Positions 9,733 to 18,384 are shown, counted from the stretch's first letter. The stretch: DNA of 36,675 bases from Planctomycetota bacterium (GCA_026692825.1 JAPLOC010000497.1:1-36675), one strand, 5' to 3'. The notes: generated by a model not told the origin, from the sequence alone. Made by a program: numbers and translations.

Positions 9733-10557
9733 CCGTCACTCCGTCGACCAGGGAGTTCGATCGGCGCAATTGGGTGTCCTGGTGAACGCCGCGCTCGCTG
9801 CCATCAAACTGGTGGCGGGCGTGGTGGGAAACGCCTACGCCCTGGTCGCCGACGCGGTCGAGTCGACCTCGGACATTTTCTCCTCGTTGATCGTTCTGGG
9901 GGGACTGAGGCTGGCCAGTCGCGAACCGAACGACGAGTTTCCGTTTGGATACGGCCGAGCCGAGACGCTCTCGGCGGCCGTTGTCGCGCTGATGCTGCTG
10001 GGAACGGCGATCGGGATCGCGGTGGAGGCGATCCGCGAGATTCTCACACCCCACCACGCTCCCGCTCCCTGGACCTTGGGGGTCCTGGTCGCGGTGATTG
10101 TGGTGAAGTGGTTTGTTTCACGGCGGGTCAAAGCCACATGAGCGACGCGATCACGTCGGCGGCGGCGTTCATTGGAATCAGTGTGGCACTGGTCATGGGA
10201 GAAGGCTGGGAACCGGCCGACGATTGGGCGGCGCTGGTGGCATCGGGAGTGATCTTCACCAACGGAGTTCTGATGCTGAAGGGGGCGATTTTCGACCTGA
10301 TGGATCGCAGCCCCGACGCCGCGATGATTGAGCGGGTGCGCGAAGTCGCCTCCCAGGTGGATGGAGTCCGCGCGATTGAAAAGCTGGCGGTCCGACGGGC
10401 CGGGATGCACTTTTTCGTCGATATTCACGTCCAGGCATCGGGGGATCTGCCGTTACGGGAATCCCATAGTCTGGGGGGCCAGGTGAAATCGGCGATTCGT
10501 GGAACCGTGAAGGGGATCGGGGGAGTGCTGGTCCATATGGAACCATTTCAGGAATGA
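9725..10557 (+). pseudogene. Cation diffusion facilitator (CDF) family transporter, disrupted by an internal out-of-frame deletion at ~10136-10138
   Basis: ORFs 9716..10141 and 10108..10557. CDF signatures present are VNAALAAIKLVAGVVGNAYALVADAVESTSD, FPFGYGRAETL and SDAITSAAAFIGISVAL, with a cytoplasmic domain ending GVLVHMEP. Frame 1 stops at ...VVKWFVSRRVKAT* (TGA 10139-10141). Frame 2 carries on from HMSDAITS. The loop plus the DAWH part of the conserved H-x-x-x-D metal site is missing. Confidence 0.8.
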
Positions 10558-10643
10558 AAGTCACAGGCGAGAGTGACCTTCTTCACACGAATCGGGCTTC
10601 TGATAGAATCGAACGTCTTTTCTGCCTGTCACGAGCCTCAACC

Positions 10644-11267
10644 ATGTCTACAGTCCCCGACAAATTTCTGACGCCGGAACAATACCTCGCCATTGAGCGG
10701 AAAGCCGCGACGCGGAGTGAGTACTTCCGCGGCGAGATGTTCGCCATGTCGGGTGCCCGCTGGCGACACAATCTGATCAAAGACAATTTCGCCCGGGAGG
10801 TCGGCATTCAACTGAAAGGTGGCACATGTCGGGTGGTGACCAGTGATCAGCGGGTCAAGATTCCAGCCACTGGACTCTATACCTATCCCGACATTGTCGT
10901 GGTGTGTGGCGAACCACAGTTTGAAGATCGAACACTCGACACACTGTTGAATCCCACAATCATCGTCGAAGTGCTGTCTGAATCGACGGAAAACTACGAC
11001 CGAGTCACCAAGTTCAAGCATTATCGCCAGTTGGCGAGTGTGCAAGAATATGTGCTGGTCTCGCAGGATCAGGCGCTAATGGAACGGTACACGCGGCAGC
11101 CGGACAACAACTGGCTGATCCGGTTCTTTTCCGATCTCATGGCGACGTTCGAATTCAGTTCAATCCCGGTGTCGGTTCCGTTGTCTGAGATCTACTCGGG
11201 AGTGCGGTTTGATGTTCCGGAGGCGACGGATGGTGTCGAGAATGATCGGCCGGCGACGGAACCGTAG
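10644..11267 (+). CDS. Uma2 family endonuclease (DUF820, PD-(D/E)xK-like), copy 1
   Basis: 207 aa from ATG 10644, inside ORF 10554..11267. FLTPEQYLAIERKAATRSEYFRGEMFAMSGARWRHNLI ... YTYPDIVVVCG ... PTIIVEVLSEST ... KFKHYRQLASVQEYVLVSQ matches the Uma2/DUF820 pattern, including the D...E-V-L-S core. Confidence 0.8.
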   Translation: MSTVPDKFLTPEQYLAIERKAATRSEYFRGEMFAMSGARWRHNLIKDNFAREVGIQLKGGTCRVVTSDQRVKIPATGLYTYPDIVVVCGEPQFEDRTLDTLLNPTIIVEVLSESTENYDRVTKFKHYRQLASVQEYVLVSQDQALMERYTRQPDNNWLIRFFSDLMATFEFSSIPVSVPLSEIYSGVRFDVPEATDGVENDRPATEP

Positions 11268-11341
11268 TCATTGCAGGGACGATCAAGTCCATGGTTTCCA
11301 ACACAGAATACGACACACGAAATTGAACTCGAGACTCAACC

Positions 11342-11965
11342 ATGTCTACCGTCCCCGACAAATTTCTGACGCCGGAACAATACCTCGCGATTGAGCGAAA
11401 GGCGACGACGCGGAGCGAGTATTTCCGCGGCGAGATGTTCGCCATGTCGGGTGCCCGCTGGCGACACAATTTGATCAAAGACAATTTCGCCCGGAAAGTC
11501 GGCAATCAACTGGAAGGTGGCCCATGTCGCGTGGTGACCAGTGATCAGCGCGTCAAGATTCCAGCCACCGGACTCTATACCTATCCCGACATTGTCGTGG
11601 TGTGCGGCGAACCACAGTTTGAAGATCGAACACTCGACACGCTGTTGAATCCCACAATCATCGTCGAGGTATTGTCTGAATCGACAGAAAACTACGACCG
11701 GGTCACCAAATTCAAGCATTATCGCCAGTTGGCGAGCGTGCGGGAATATGTGCTGGTCTCGCAGGATCAGGCTCAACTGGAACGCTACACACGGCAGCCG
11801 GACGACAACTGGCTGATCCGGTTCTTTTCCGATCCCACGGCGACGTTAGAATTTAGTTCGATTCTGGTATCAGTTCCGTTGTCTGAGATCTATTCGGGAG
11901 TGCGATTTGATGCTCTGGAGGCAGCGGATGGTGTCGAGAATGATCGGCCGGCGACGGAATCGTAG
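11342..11965 (+). CDS. Uma2 family endonuclease (DUF820), copy 2 (tandem paralogue)
   Basis: 207 aa, the same length as copy 1. I count 17 amino-acid differences (~92% identity). Confidence 0.8.
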   Translation: MSTVPDKFLTPEQYLAIERKATTRSEYFRGEMFAMSGARWRHNLIKDNFARKVGNQLEGGPCRVVTSDQRVKIPATGLYTYPDIVVVCGEPQFEDRTLDTLLNPTIIVEVLSESTENYDRVTKFKHYRQLASVREYVLVSQDQAQLERYTRQPDDNWLIRFFSDPTATLEFSSILVSVPLSEIYSGVRFDALEAADGVENDRPATES

Positions 11966-12042
11966 CGTCTCCTCGACCATCAAATCCGTGGATCGCGATT
12001 AAGTCAAACGGACTCCCTGAGTCATGCCGACTCGTTTGCGGA

Positions 12043-13014
12043 CTACTTCCCGTCCTTCGCGCTCTTGTCCTTCAATTTCGCCAGCCAGCGTTCGGGATCT
12101 TCATTGAACGCCGCCGAGCAACCGGTACAACAGACGGGATAAGTCTTCCCCTGGTAACTGACGGACATCGTCCCGAGTCCTCCTGAGACAATGCACTTTG
12201 GTCCTGGATTATCGCTCTCGGCCACCGCGAACGACGTCCCTTCGCGCTGCTGGCGTACCGTGTCCAATTGTTGCAGAGATCCACCGCCGGTTCCTCGTTT
12301 CTTCAACTCCATCAGATACTGATCATTGTCGAGCAAATTCAAGGTCATCTGCCACTGCTGGCCGTCCATCGGATCGATTTGAGCCAGTTGCAGTTTGAAC
12401 GTCCGCTGCAGGATTTTTCCGTCGGGGGTTTCCTTTGGTTCGTGCCCTTCCTGCCAGCCTCCCCGCAGAATCCGCGGGGGACCGTCCGGCGTGGAAACCT
12501 GCAATTCAAATTCGTCGTTGTCGCTGGTCGTCAGTCGCAGTTCCCGGTAGTACGGGCTGGTCTGGCTCCGTGCTTGAAGCGCCGGCTGTCCCGCCTTGGT
12601 ACGGAAATCCCAGATCCACTGCACGTCCTCGCCCGATTTGGGGAAGTCACCAAACTTTTTCTGTGTCACCCAGCGCCAACGACCGAGCAGCACCTGGAAC
12701 GGCTGCAAACGGGCGACTGTCTCATCCGGACTCCGCGCCGCCGTTCCTCCAGCCGCCGTGGGGGCGGCCGCGCCTCCTCCCAGTTGCAACGGCTTCGCCC
12801 GACGCTTGGCCGGCCGTTTTTCGCTTGGCTCGGCATCGGTCGCGCCATCCGTTTCCGAATCCGCCACAGGGGCGGGAGCGACGGTACGTTTGGGTTTCGC
12901 GCCGGAATCGGCCGCCGGCTTCGCGTCACCGGTCGATGATCCACCGCACCCCGCGAGAATCATCCCTACGAGTGCCGCCAGTCCCAGAGCGAGTAATCCG
13001 TGTCGCAGGGCCAT
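12043..13014 (-). CDS. Lipoprotein with C-terminal YHS/TRASH-like metal-binding domain
   Basis: 323-aa ORF from ATG 13014. Signal peptide plus lipobox LVGMILAG-C. The C-terminus GPKCIVSGGLGTMSVSYQGKTYPVCCTGCSAAFNEDPERWL fits the YHS pattern (C...Y.G..Y.FC..C...F..DPE). The central domain is unrecognised. Confidence 0.65.
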   Translation of the reverse strand: MALRHGLLALGLAALVGMILAGCGGSSTGDAKPAADSGAKPKRTVAPAPVADSETDGATDAEPSEKRPAKRRAKPLQLGGGAAAPTAAGGTAARSPDETVARLQPFQVLLGRWRWVTQKKFGDFPKSGEDVQWIWDFRTKAGQPALQARSQTSPYYRELRLTTSDNDEFELQVSTPDGPPRILRGGWQEGHEPKETPDGKILQRTFKLQLAQIDPMDGQQWQMTLNLLDNDQYLMELKKRGTGGGSLQQLDTVRQQREGTSFAVAESDNPGPKCIVSGGLGTMSVSYQGKTYPVCCTGCSAAFNEDPERWLAKLKDKSAKDGK

Positions 13015-13063
13015 GTTCCGTTCTCCTGAATTCCCAGTGTCTTGAATCGCGTCCGGGAAGAAT

Positions 13064-13849
13064 CTACTTCGCCGCCGGCCGTTCGGCCTTCACGCCGTAG
13101 ATGGCCAGATTGTCGACGTTTCCGGTGTCGTCAAACGTACCAAAACCGACCTGACCCCAGGTGAAGGTCTTGTCCACCGCAGTCATCACCGGGGTCTCCA
13201 TGTCATCAAAATAGACCTCGATCGAACCTGACTCGACCCGGCGGATCACCCGCGCGTGGTGCCAATTGTCTGTCCAATTCGTCCCGGCCGTTGATTTCGT
13301 GGAGATCTTTTTTCGGGGAGCGCCATCGACAATGAAAATCTGGTTGGCATGATCGTCGGCTTTCTTCCCGAAATGGACGTAATACATGTGTGAAGGATCC
13401 TGAAATCCAAAAAACAGGCACATGTCGCGATGATCGTAGTCTTTGATCGTTGACTGCAGGTCGATATCGATCACCACATCCCCCAGAACCAGCCCCTTGA
13501 CCAATCCCCGATTGAAAGGCGATCGAACCGGGTTTTCGACTTTGCTCGCCTGAAACTGACTGAGGACCGTCCGCTCCCCGGCCTTGGTCCATTTCCACGC
13601 CTTCGGGTCAGCGAACTCGTAGCGATCTGGGGTTTCTTCATCGAAGTTGTCGGAGAACACCAGCGGCATCCGTGCCAGGGTCTTTTGGTCCCCTTCGCTG
13701 GACCAAACCGCACTGACGAGAAACTGCCAGGCCACACACGCGATCATCCCCGCCGAGGCGATCGGAAGCCATGTCAAACGGGCACGACGGTTTGTCAGGT
13801 GGGGAACGGACACTCGGACGCTCCAGGGAACGAACCTTGGGAATCTCAC
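13064..13849 (-). CDS. Membrane-anchored DUF1080-like (3-keto-disaccharide hydrolase / LamG-fold) protein
   Basis: 261-aa ORF with a GTG start at 13849 (start uncertain). TM anchor LTWLPIASAGMIACVAWQFLVSAVW. The pattern of blocks (WKWTKAGERTVL, DVVIDIDLQS, HMYYVHFG, NWHHARVIRRVESGSIEVYFDD, WGQVGFGTFDDTGNVDN) resembles concanavalin/LamG-like DUF1080 proteins common in planctomycetes. Moderate certainty. Confidence 0.5.
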   Translation of the reverse strand: MRFPRFVPWSVRVSVPHLTNRRARLTWLPIASAGMIACVAWQFLVSAVWSSEGDQKTLARMPLVFSDNFDEETPDRYEFADPKAWKWTKAGERTVLSQFQASKVENPVRSPFNRGLVKGLVLGDVVIDIDLQSTIKDYDHRDMCLFFGFQDPSHMYYVHFGKKADDHANQIFIVDGAPRKKISTKSTAGTNWTDNWHHARVIRRVESGSIEVYFDDMETPVMTAVDKTFTWGQVGFGTFDDTGNVDNLAIYGVKAERPAAK

Positions 13850-13957
13850 GAACGAACCGACGAACCAACTGCGGTTCTGGGGTGTCGACTCGTTTCTCTG
13901 CGGTTATGCTATCGCCAGCCGCCGCATTTCGCGACTCTTCCCCTTCTCGCTGCCACC

Positions 13958-14383
13958 ATGCTCGTCGTCTCCGCGTCCATCCAGATTCCCGATGACGAAC
14001 TGCGGTTCACCTATGCCCGTAGTTCGGGACCGGGGGGGCAGAACGTCAACAAGGTCTCCAGCAAGGCGATCCTGCATTGGTCCCCCGTCACGAGTGGCGG
14101 TGTTCCCGCCGAAGTACGCGAGCGGCTGCTGGCGCTGTTTCCAACGCGATTGACCGTCGCGGGGGATTTTGTGATCACCAGCGAACGCTCGCGCGACCAG
14201 AAGCAGAACGCCGACGACTGTCTGGAAAAACTCCGCGAGATGCTTCAGGCGGCGGCTCACCCGCCAAAACGCCGCCGGGCGACGAAGGCGTCCAAGGGTT
14301 CACATCGCCGTCGACTTGCCGCCAAAAAAGAAAACTCGGAAAAGAAACAAGGCCGCCGGTCGCCACCGACATCGCACGACTGA
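13958..14383 (+). CDS. arfB: Alternative ribosome-rescue factor ArfB (peptidyl-tRNA hydrolase, GGQ motif)
   Basis: ATG 13958 inside ORF 13685..14383. MLVVSASIQIPDDELRFTYARSSGPGGQNVNKVSSKAILHW ... ITSERSRDQKQN, followed by a basic C-terminal tail KRRRATKASKGSHRRRLAAKK, is the ArfB/YaeJ architecture. Confidence 0.85.
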   Translation: MLVVSASIQIPDDELRFTYARSSGPGGQNVNKVSSKAILHWSPVTSGGVPAEVRERLLALFPTRLTVAGDFVITSERSRDQKQNADDCLEKLREMLQAAAHPPKRRRATKASKGSHRRRLAAKKENSEKKQGRRSPPTSHD

Positions 14384-14423
14384 GCGGGCCATTCGCTCCA
14401 CACCACTTTCTCGAGACCGATTC

Positions 14424-14972
14424 ATGCCCATTGAAAAGCCGCTGGCCGACAAAAAGCTGTTGATGTTTGTCGACGACATTTACGAGGATCTCGAACTCTG
14501 GTATCCCAAGCTCCGGATGCTGGAAGCGGGTGCGACGGTCGTTGTCGCCGGCCCCGAGAGCGGCGTCAAATACCTGGGAAAACACGGTTATCCGTGTGTC
14601 TCCGACGCCCGCATCGACTCCATTGTCGCGCAGGAGTTCGAAGGCCTGATCATTCCCGGCGGGTTTTCGCCCGACAAACTTCGCCGGGATCCGCGAGTCA
14701 AAGAACTCACCCGGTATTTCGCCGAGAACGACAAGCTGGTCGCCGCGATTTGCCACGGCGGCTGGATTCCCATCTCGGCGGGAGTCTATCGCGGGGTCCG
14801 CGTGACCGGTTCGCCCGGAATCAAAGACGACCTCATCAACGCGGGAGCGATCTGGGAAGACGCCGCTGTTGTGGTCGACAACCATTTCGTTTCGAGCCGC
14901 AAGCCCGATGATCTTCCCGCGTTTTGCGAAGGGATCCTGAAGGTTCTGTTGCGGTGGGAAGTCCCGTATTAA
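14424..14972 (+). CDS. DJ-1/PfpI family protein (type 1 glutamine amidotransferase-like)
   Basis: ATG 14424 inside ORF 14316..14972. KKLLMFVDDIYEDLELWYP ... FEGLIIPGG ... VAAICHGGW (nucleophile elbow Cys) ... VVDNHFVSSRKPDDLPAF. Confidence 0.85.
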   Translation: MPIEKPLADKKLLMFVDDIYEDLELWYPKLRMLEAGATVVVAGPESGVKYLGKHGYPCVSDARIDSIVAQEFEGLIIPGGFSPDKLRRDPRVKELTRYFAENDKLVAAICHGGWIPISAGVYRGVRVTGSPGIKDDLINAGAIWEDAAVVVDNHFVSSRKPDDLPAFCEGILKVLLRWEVPY

Positions 14973-15107
14973 CGGGCGACGCAGCCCGCATTCTCCGAAA
15001 GCGCGGCCCGCTGGTCGATCAACGTTGCTGGTTTTCGCCTGCAATACCAATTACGCCCTCAGTTCGGTCCGCGACCGCGAGTCAATCGGACGACCCGGTT
15101 CAACACA

Positions 15108-16343
15108 CTATGGCGACCGAGTTTTTCCGGGGTTCTGACCACTGTCCAATTCGTGATACGCCGCGAGCAACTGCCGCTGGGCATGTTCCCAGGTGAATTG
15201 CGTTTCCACTCGTTGGCGCGCATTGAGGGATCGTAGGATTGCGGACTGCGGATCCCGCAGCAGACGCAGCAACGCGTCTTTGATCGCCTTTGCTGACCCC
15301 GGACGGATCAGAATCGCGTCGACCTCCGGTCGCGCGAGCGCTGACACAACCGGGAGATCACTGGCGATCAAGGGTGTCCCGCTCGCCATCGCTTCGAGAA
15401 CCTTCAGCGGACAGCAACCCTGAACGAGATTTCGGTCATTCGGCGTCAATGGAGCGATCACGACGTCGACAGAATGGTGCCATGTGGCCAGTTCCACCTG
15501 TGACGCCCCTCCCAGAAATTCCACCGCGTCACCGACCCCGAGCGCCGCAGACAGATCGCCGAGCCGTCGCACCTGTTCCGCGCGACCCGTCCCGACGATG
15601 AACAATCGCGCGGGGGCCTCTTTGCGATACAATGCGAGCGCCTCGATCGCGGTCTGCAATCCCTGCCAGGACGATAGCGTTCCCGAGTACAGCAGCCGAA
15701 GTTCGCGATCCTGCCACGGACGGGGTGGTTGAAACGTGAACAGCCCGGTATCGACACCGTTGGGAATCACACGAATGCGGGAGGGATCCACTCCGCGTCC
15801 AACCAGATGATTCGCATTCACCTGGCTGACGGTGATAATCAGGTCGGCGGCATCCAGGCAGCACCGTTCTTGCTCAAGCAGTTTTCGCATCAACTCGCGG
15901 TCGTCGGCGACCTGCGGAAAGTGGTACTTCAATTCGATCGAAGGGAGCCCATTCACCTCGTACACCAGGTGACGGCACCAATGCGATTTGCGACGGGCGA
16001 TCGGATATCCCTCGAAGATCGAGCGGATATGCGCGACATCGGGTCGGCGACCGCGCCACCAGGCGCGGAGGTGCGTCCGAAAACTCAACACCCGCTCGAT
16101 GAGAGTCGGCCCGAGCGCGGGGAGTTCGGTATGTGTGATCCGTGGGGATTGGTTGAAACCGGTACTGGCAGGCGGTTCAGTTCCTGTCGCGCGATTTTCG
16201 ATGGGGGGACCGGCGACGGTCACCAGATCCACTGGATGGAATTCGGATCCCAGGGCCGCGACGAATGCGGCGATGTGCGTGGCCGCCCCCTTGGGTGCCG
16301 GGTAGCGGTCGAACGACGTGTAGATGATTGACCGGGTTGACAT
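15108..16343 (-). CDS. Glycosyltransferase family 4 (GT-B, group 1)
   Basis: ORF 15108..16385. ATG 16343 is preferred (MSTRSIIYTSFDRYPAPKGAATHI) because it leaves a 64-nt divergent intergenic region. The C-terminal half LLYSGTLSSWQG ... FLGG ... PLKVLEAMASGTPLIASD is the GT4 E-x7-E region. Confidence 0.8.
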   Translation of the reverse strand: MSTRSIIYTSFDRYPAPKGAATHIAAFVAALGSEFHPVDLVTVAGPPIENRATGTEPPASTGFNQSPRITHTELPALGPTLIERVLSFRTHLRAWWRGRRPDVAHIRSIFEGYPIARRKSHWCRHLVYEVNGLPSIELKYHFPQVADDRELMRKLLEQERCCLDAADLIITVSQVNANHLVGRGVDPSRIRVIPNGVDTGLFTFQPPRPWQDRELRLLYSGTLSSWQGLQTAIEALALYRKEAPARLFIVGTGRAEQVRRLGDLSAALGVGDAVEFLGGASQVELATWHHSVDVVIAPLTPNDRNLVQGCCPLKVLEAMASGTPLIASDLPVVSALARPEVDAILIRPGSAKAIKDALLRLLRDPQSAILRSLNARQRVETQFTWEHAQRQLLAAYHELDSGQNPGKTRSP

Positions 16344-16406
16344 GAAACGCGAAGCGGATTTAGCATGCGGTTCCGTCCATGACATGAACCCAGAGTGTAC
16401 CGCACT

Positions 16407-17297
16407 ATGGCAGCCGATTTGGGAGGATTCAAGCGCACTCTGGTTTACGCCACGGAAGGGCCGGCGGAGCAGTTGATCGCCGATGTGGAAGAGATTCGCA
16501 AATTCGATCGTGAATCGGAAAACCGACTGCGGGTCTGGAAGTTCCTGACCGCCGGCTCAGTTCTCGCGATTGGACTCGGGATATTCCTGATGATCTCACG
16601 AGCGTTCGGTGAGGAACGTTCATTTCAGGCGTTTTTGGGGTGCGTCACGCTGGGTGGGGTGGGCCTGATCACGGGCATCGTCCTTTGGGTGCGCGGGTCG
16701 CGGTTTGACCTCGCGAATCGACGCTACGAATTGTTCGCCGCTCTGGTGGAAATGCTCCGCCGCGACATGCCCAAGGACGCTACGATCTCGGTGGCACTCG
16801 ATCTTTCGCCGCCAACGGAGAAACGCAAAAAGTCGGGGGAGGGAAAAGCGGGGAAGTGGGACGTGGTCCACTACCAGGATTCCTGGCTGAAATTGCGTGG
16901 CCGCTTCGCCGACGGGACGACCTTTCAGGTCGCCATGATCGACAAAACGCAGTTGCGGAGTCGATGGAAGCGGTCAGCGAGTGGCAAGAACAAACGGAAG
17001 ACCAAGACGAAAGCTGCCACAGTGGCCGTGGTGAAGTTGTCACCCAAGTCGAAGCGTTACCCCGATCTGTCCCGGGTTGCCGGCCAAATTTGGAAACTGG
17101 TGCGAATTCCCAGTTGGTGCCGAGTGAAAGGGGCGACCGCGTCGGCCGAGGAACTCACACTTGTCACCACGACCGCTGCGCTGTGGTCGGTTCGAGGAGC
17201 GGACGCGGCCACGAAGTTTGACGGTTTCGAACTCGTCGGTTCTATGTTTTTCAGTCTCTACCAGGCGTTGCACGTGTCGAAATCGAGCGCCGCCTGA
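16407..17297 (+). CDS. Hypothetical membrane protein (two predicted TM helices, Lys-rich loops)
   Basis: ORF 16395..17297 (GTG 16395 or ATG 16407). Hydrophobic segments FLTAGSVLAIGLGIFLMI and FLGCVTLGGVGLITGIVLWV. The stop overlaps the next start (TGATG at 17295-17299). No family recognised. Confidence 0.55.
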   Translation: MAADLGGFKRTLVYATEGPAEQLIADVEEIRKFDRESENRLRVWKFLTAGSVLAIGLGIFLMISRAFGEERSFQAFLGCVTLGGVGLITGIVLWVRGSRFDLANRRYELFAALVEMLRRDMPKDATISVALDLSPPTEKRKKSGEGKAGKWDVVHYQDSWLKLRGRFADGTTFQVAMIDKTQLRSRWKRSASGKNKRKTKTKAATVAVVKLSPKSKRYPDLSRVAGQIWKLVRIPSWCRVKGATASAEELTLVTTTAALWSVRGADAATKFDGFELVGSMFFSLYQALHVSKSSAA

Positions 17298-17965
17298 TGA
17301 CGGGAATTTTTCTGATGATCAAACGACTGCGTTCAGTTTCTTCGGTGGTTGTGGTGGCGATCGCCTGCATGTTGCAGGTTGTCGCCGTTTCGGGATTGGC
17401 TGGTGAACCGCAATTGGCCGAGAAGCCCCTCCCGCGCGAGGACAAGATCAAATTCAAAGATGGCGCCGGGGAAACCGCCCTTTCGTTGAAGTTCAAGGGG
17501 GACGGGGCGAAACTCACGGATGGCGACGACAAGGAGTTGGCCCGCTACACACGCTCCGACGACAAACTCAAAATCAAGGACGACAAGGACAAGGTTCTGG
17601 GGTACATCGTGAACCACGACGGAGCCCTGAGGCTGCTCTCTCCCGAGGACGAATCCGAACTGTTTTTGGTTGAGAGGGCGAAGAATGGAGACTGGACGCT
17701 CAAGGATGCCGGGGGAGTTCGCGTCGCGGCGTTTCGGCGGCGCGATTCGGGTTTCGTCGTCGAAGACGCACAAGACAAGGTTCGCCACACCGTGGCCGTC
17801 AAGTCCGGCAAGTCGACGCTCCGCGACGCGTCTGGCAAGGTTCTGTACCAGACGAAAGAGGAAGTGACCCCGTCCGCGGTCGGTTGCCTGGCGCTCGACG
17901 TGCTGCCGGATGTGCGAATTCGCGGCGCGTTTCTATTCCTGCTGAATCAAGGGGAGAAAAAGTGA
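17297..17965 (+). CDS. Hypothetical secreted protein with internal K/D-rich beta-hairpin-like repeats
   Basis: 222-aa ORF (alternative ATG at 17315). Signal-like VVVVAIACMLQVVAVSGLAGE. Repeated x-K-D-x-x-G-K/x-V-L motifs. No family recognised. Confidence 0.55.
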   Translation: MTGIFLMIKRLRSVSSVVVVAIACMLQVVAVSGLAGEPQLAEKPLPREDKIKFKDGAGETALSLKFKGDGAKLTDGDDKELARYTRSDDKLKIKDDKDKVLGYIVNHDGALRLLSPEDESELFLVERAKNGDWTLKDAGGVRVAAFRRRDSGFVVEDAQDKVRHTVAVKSGKSTLRDASGKVLYQTKEEVTPSAVGCLALDVLPDVRIRGAFLFLLNQGEKK

Positions 17966-18384
17966 GCCAAACCGCGAAAGACGGGATGTGCGAAGAGACC
18001 ACGGGGGTTCTGTTCAGCCACCGGTGCGATCGGTTTTCCGTCCAGACCTGCGTTCGCTGCGACAAGGCGCTCTGTCAGGATCATGGACTTCCGGCCGCCG
18101 ACGGCATCGCCTGCACAAGCTGCCTGAAGCGTGAGCAGCAGGGGGTGAGACAAGATGACACCGACTCCCGCACGCGTCGCAACGATTACGATAACGATCC
18201 GTATTTCTATGGTCCGCGATGGTACCCGGGTTACGGCAGGCGCAGTCGGCACGACTCTGCGGACGATTCGGCGTCATCCGGTGATTCTGAAGCGGCTGAT
18301 CCCAATGACTTCACTGAAGGAGACGCGACGAGCTTGCGGGTGGAAGGAGACTCCGCCTTCGAGACCGACATGGGTGAGAGTTGA
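17962..18384 (+). CDS. Small Cys-rich (zinc-ribbon / B-box-like) protein with acidic C-terminal tail
   Basis: In ORF 17884..18384. GTG 17962 is preceded by GGGGAG (17951-17956) and overlaps the upstream stop (GTGA); the alternative start is ATG 17986. Cys pattern C-x11-C-x7-C-x2-C-x4-C-x14-C-x2-C (CEETTGVLFSHRCDRFSVQTCVRCDKALCQDHG...CTSC). Confidence 0.45.
   Translation: MSQTAKDGMCEETTGVLFSHRCDRFSVQTCVRCDKALCQDHGLPAADGIACTSCLKREQQGVRQDDTDSRTRRNDYDNDPYFYGPRWYPGYGRRSRHDSADDSASSGDSEAADPNDFTEGDATSLRVEGDSAFETDMGES

Larger units (their letters stand above)
10637..12003 (+). repeat. Tandem direct duplication, unit ~698 bp (10637-11334 and 11335-~12003), each unit carrying one Uma2 gene
   Basis: The start codons are exactly 698 nt apart, and both are preceded by CTCAACC. 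The coding parts are roughly 90-93% identical by eye. Weak similarity continues ~35 nt past the stops (GATCAAGTCCATGG versus CATCAAATCCGTGG). Confidence 0.9.

Noticed and set aside
8612-10057. 481-aa minus-strand ORF spanning the end of the RND pump, the lipoprotein and the start of the CDF gene
   Set aside because: It runs antisense to three genes with strong family signatures, its composition is dominated by R/S/P/T, and it has no recognisable motifs.
14175-15050. 291-aa minus-strand ORF antisense to the arfB 3' end and the DJ-1/PfpI gene
   Set aside because: The plus strand has the GGQ and nucleophile-elbow Cys signatures. The antisense product has no motifs.
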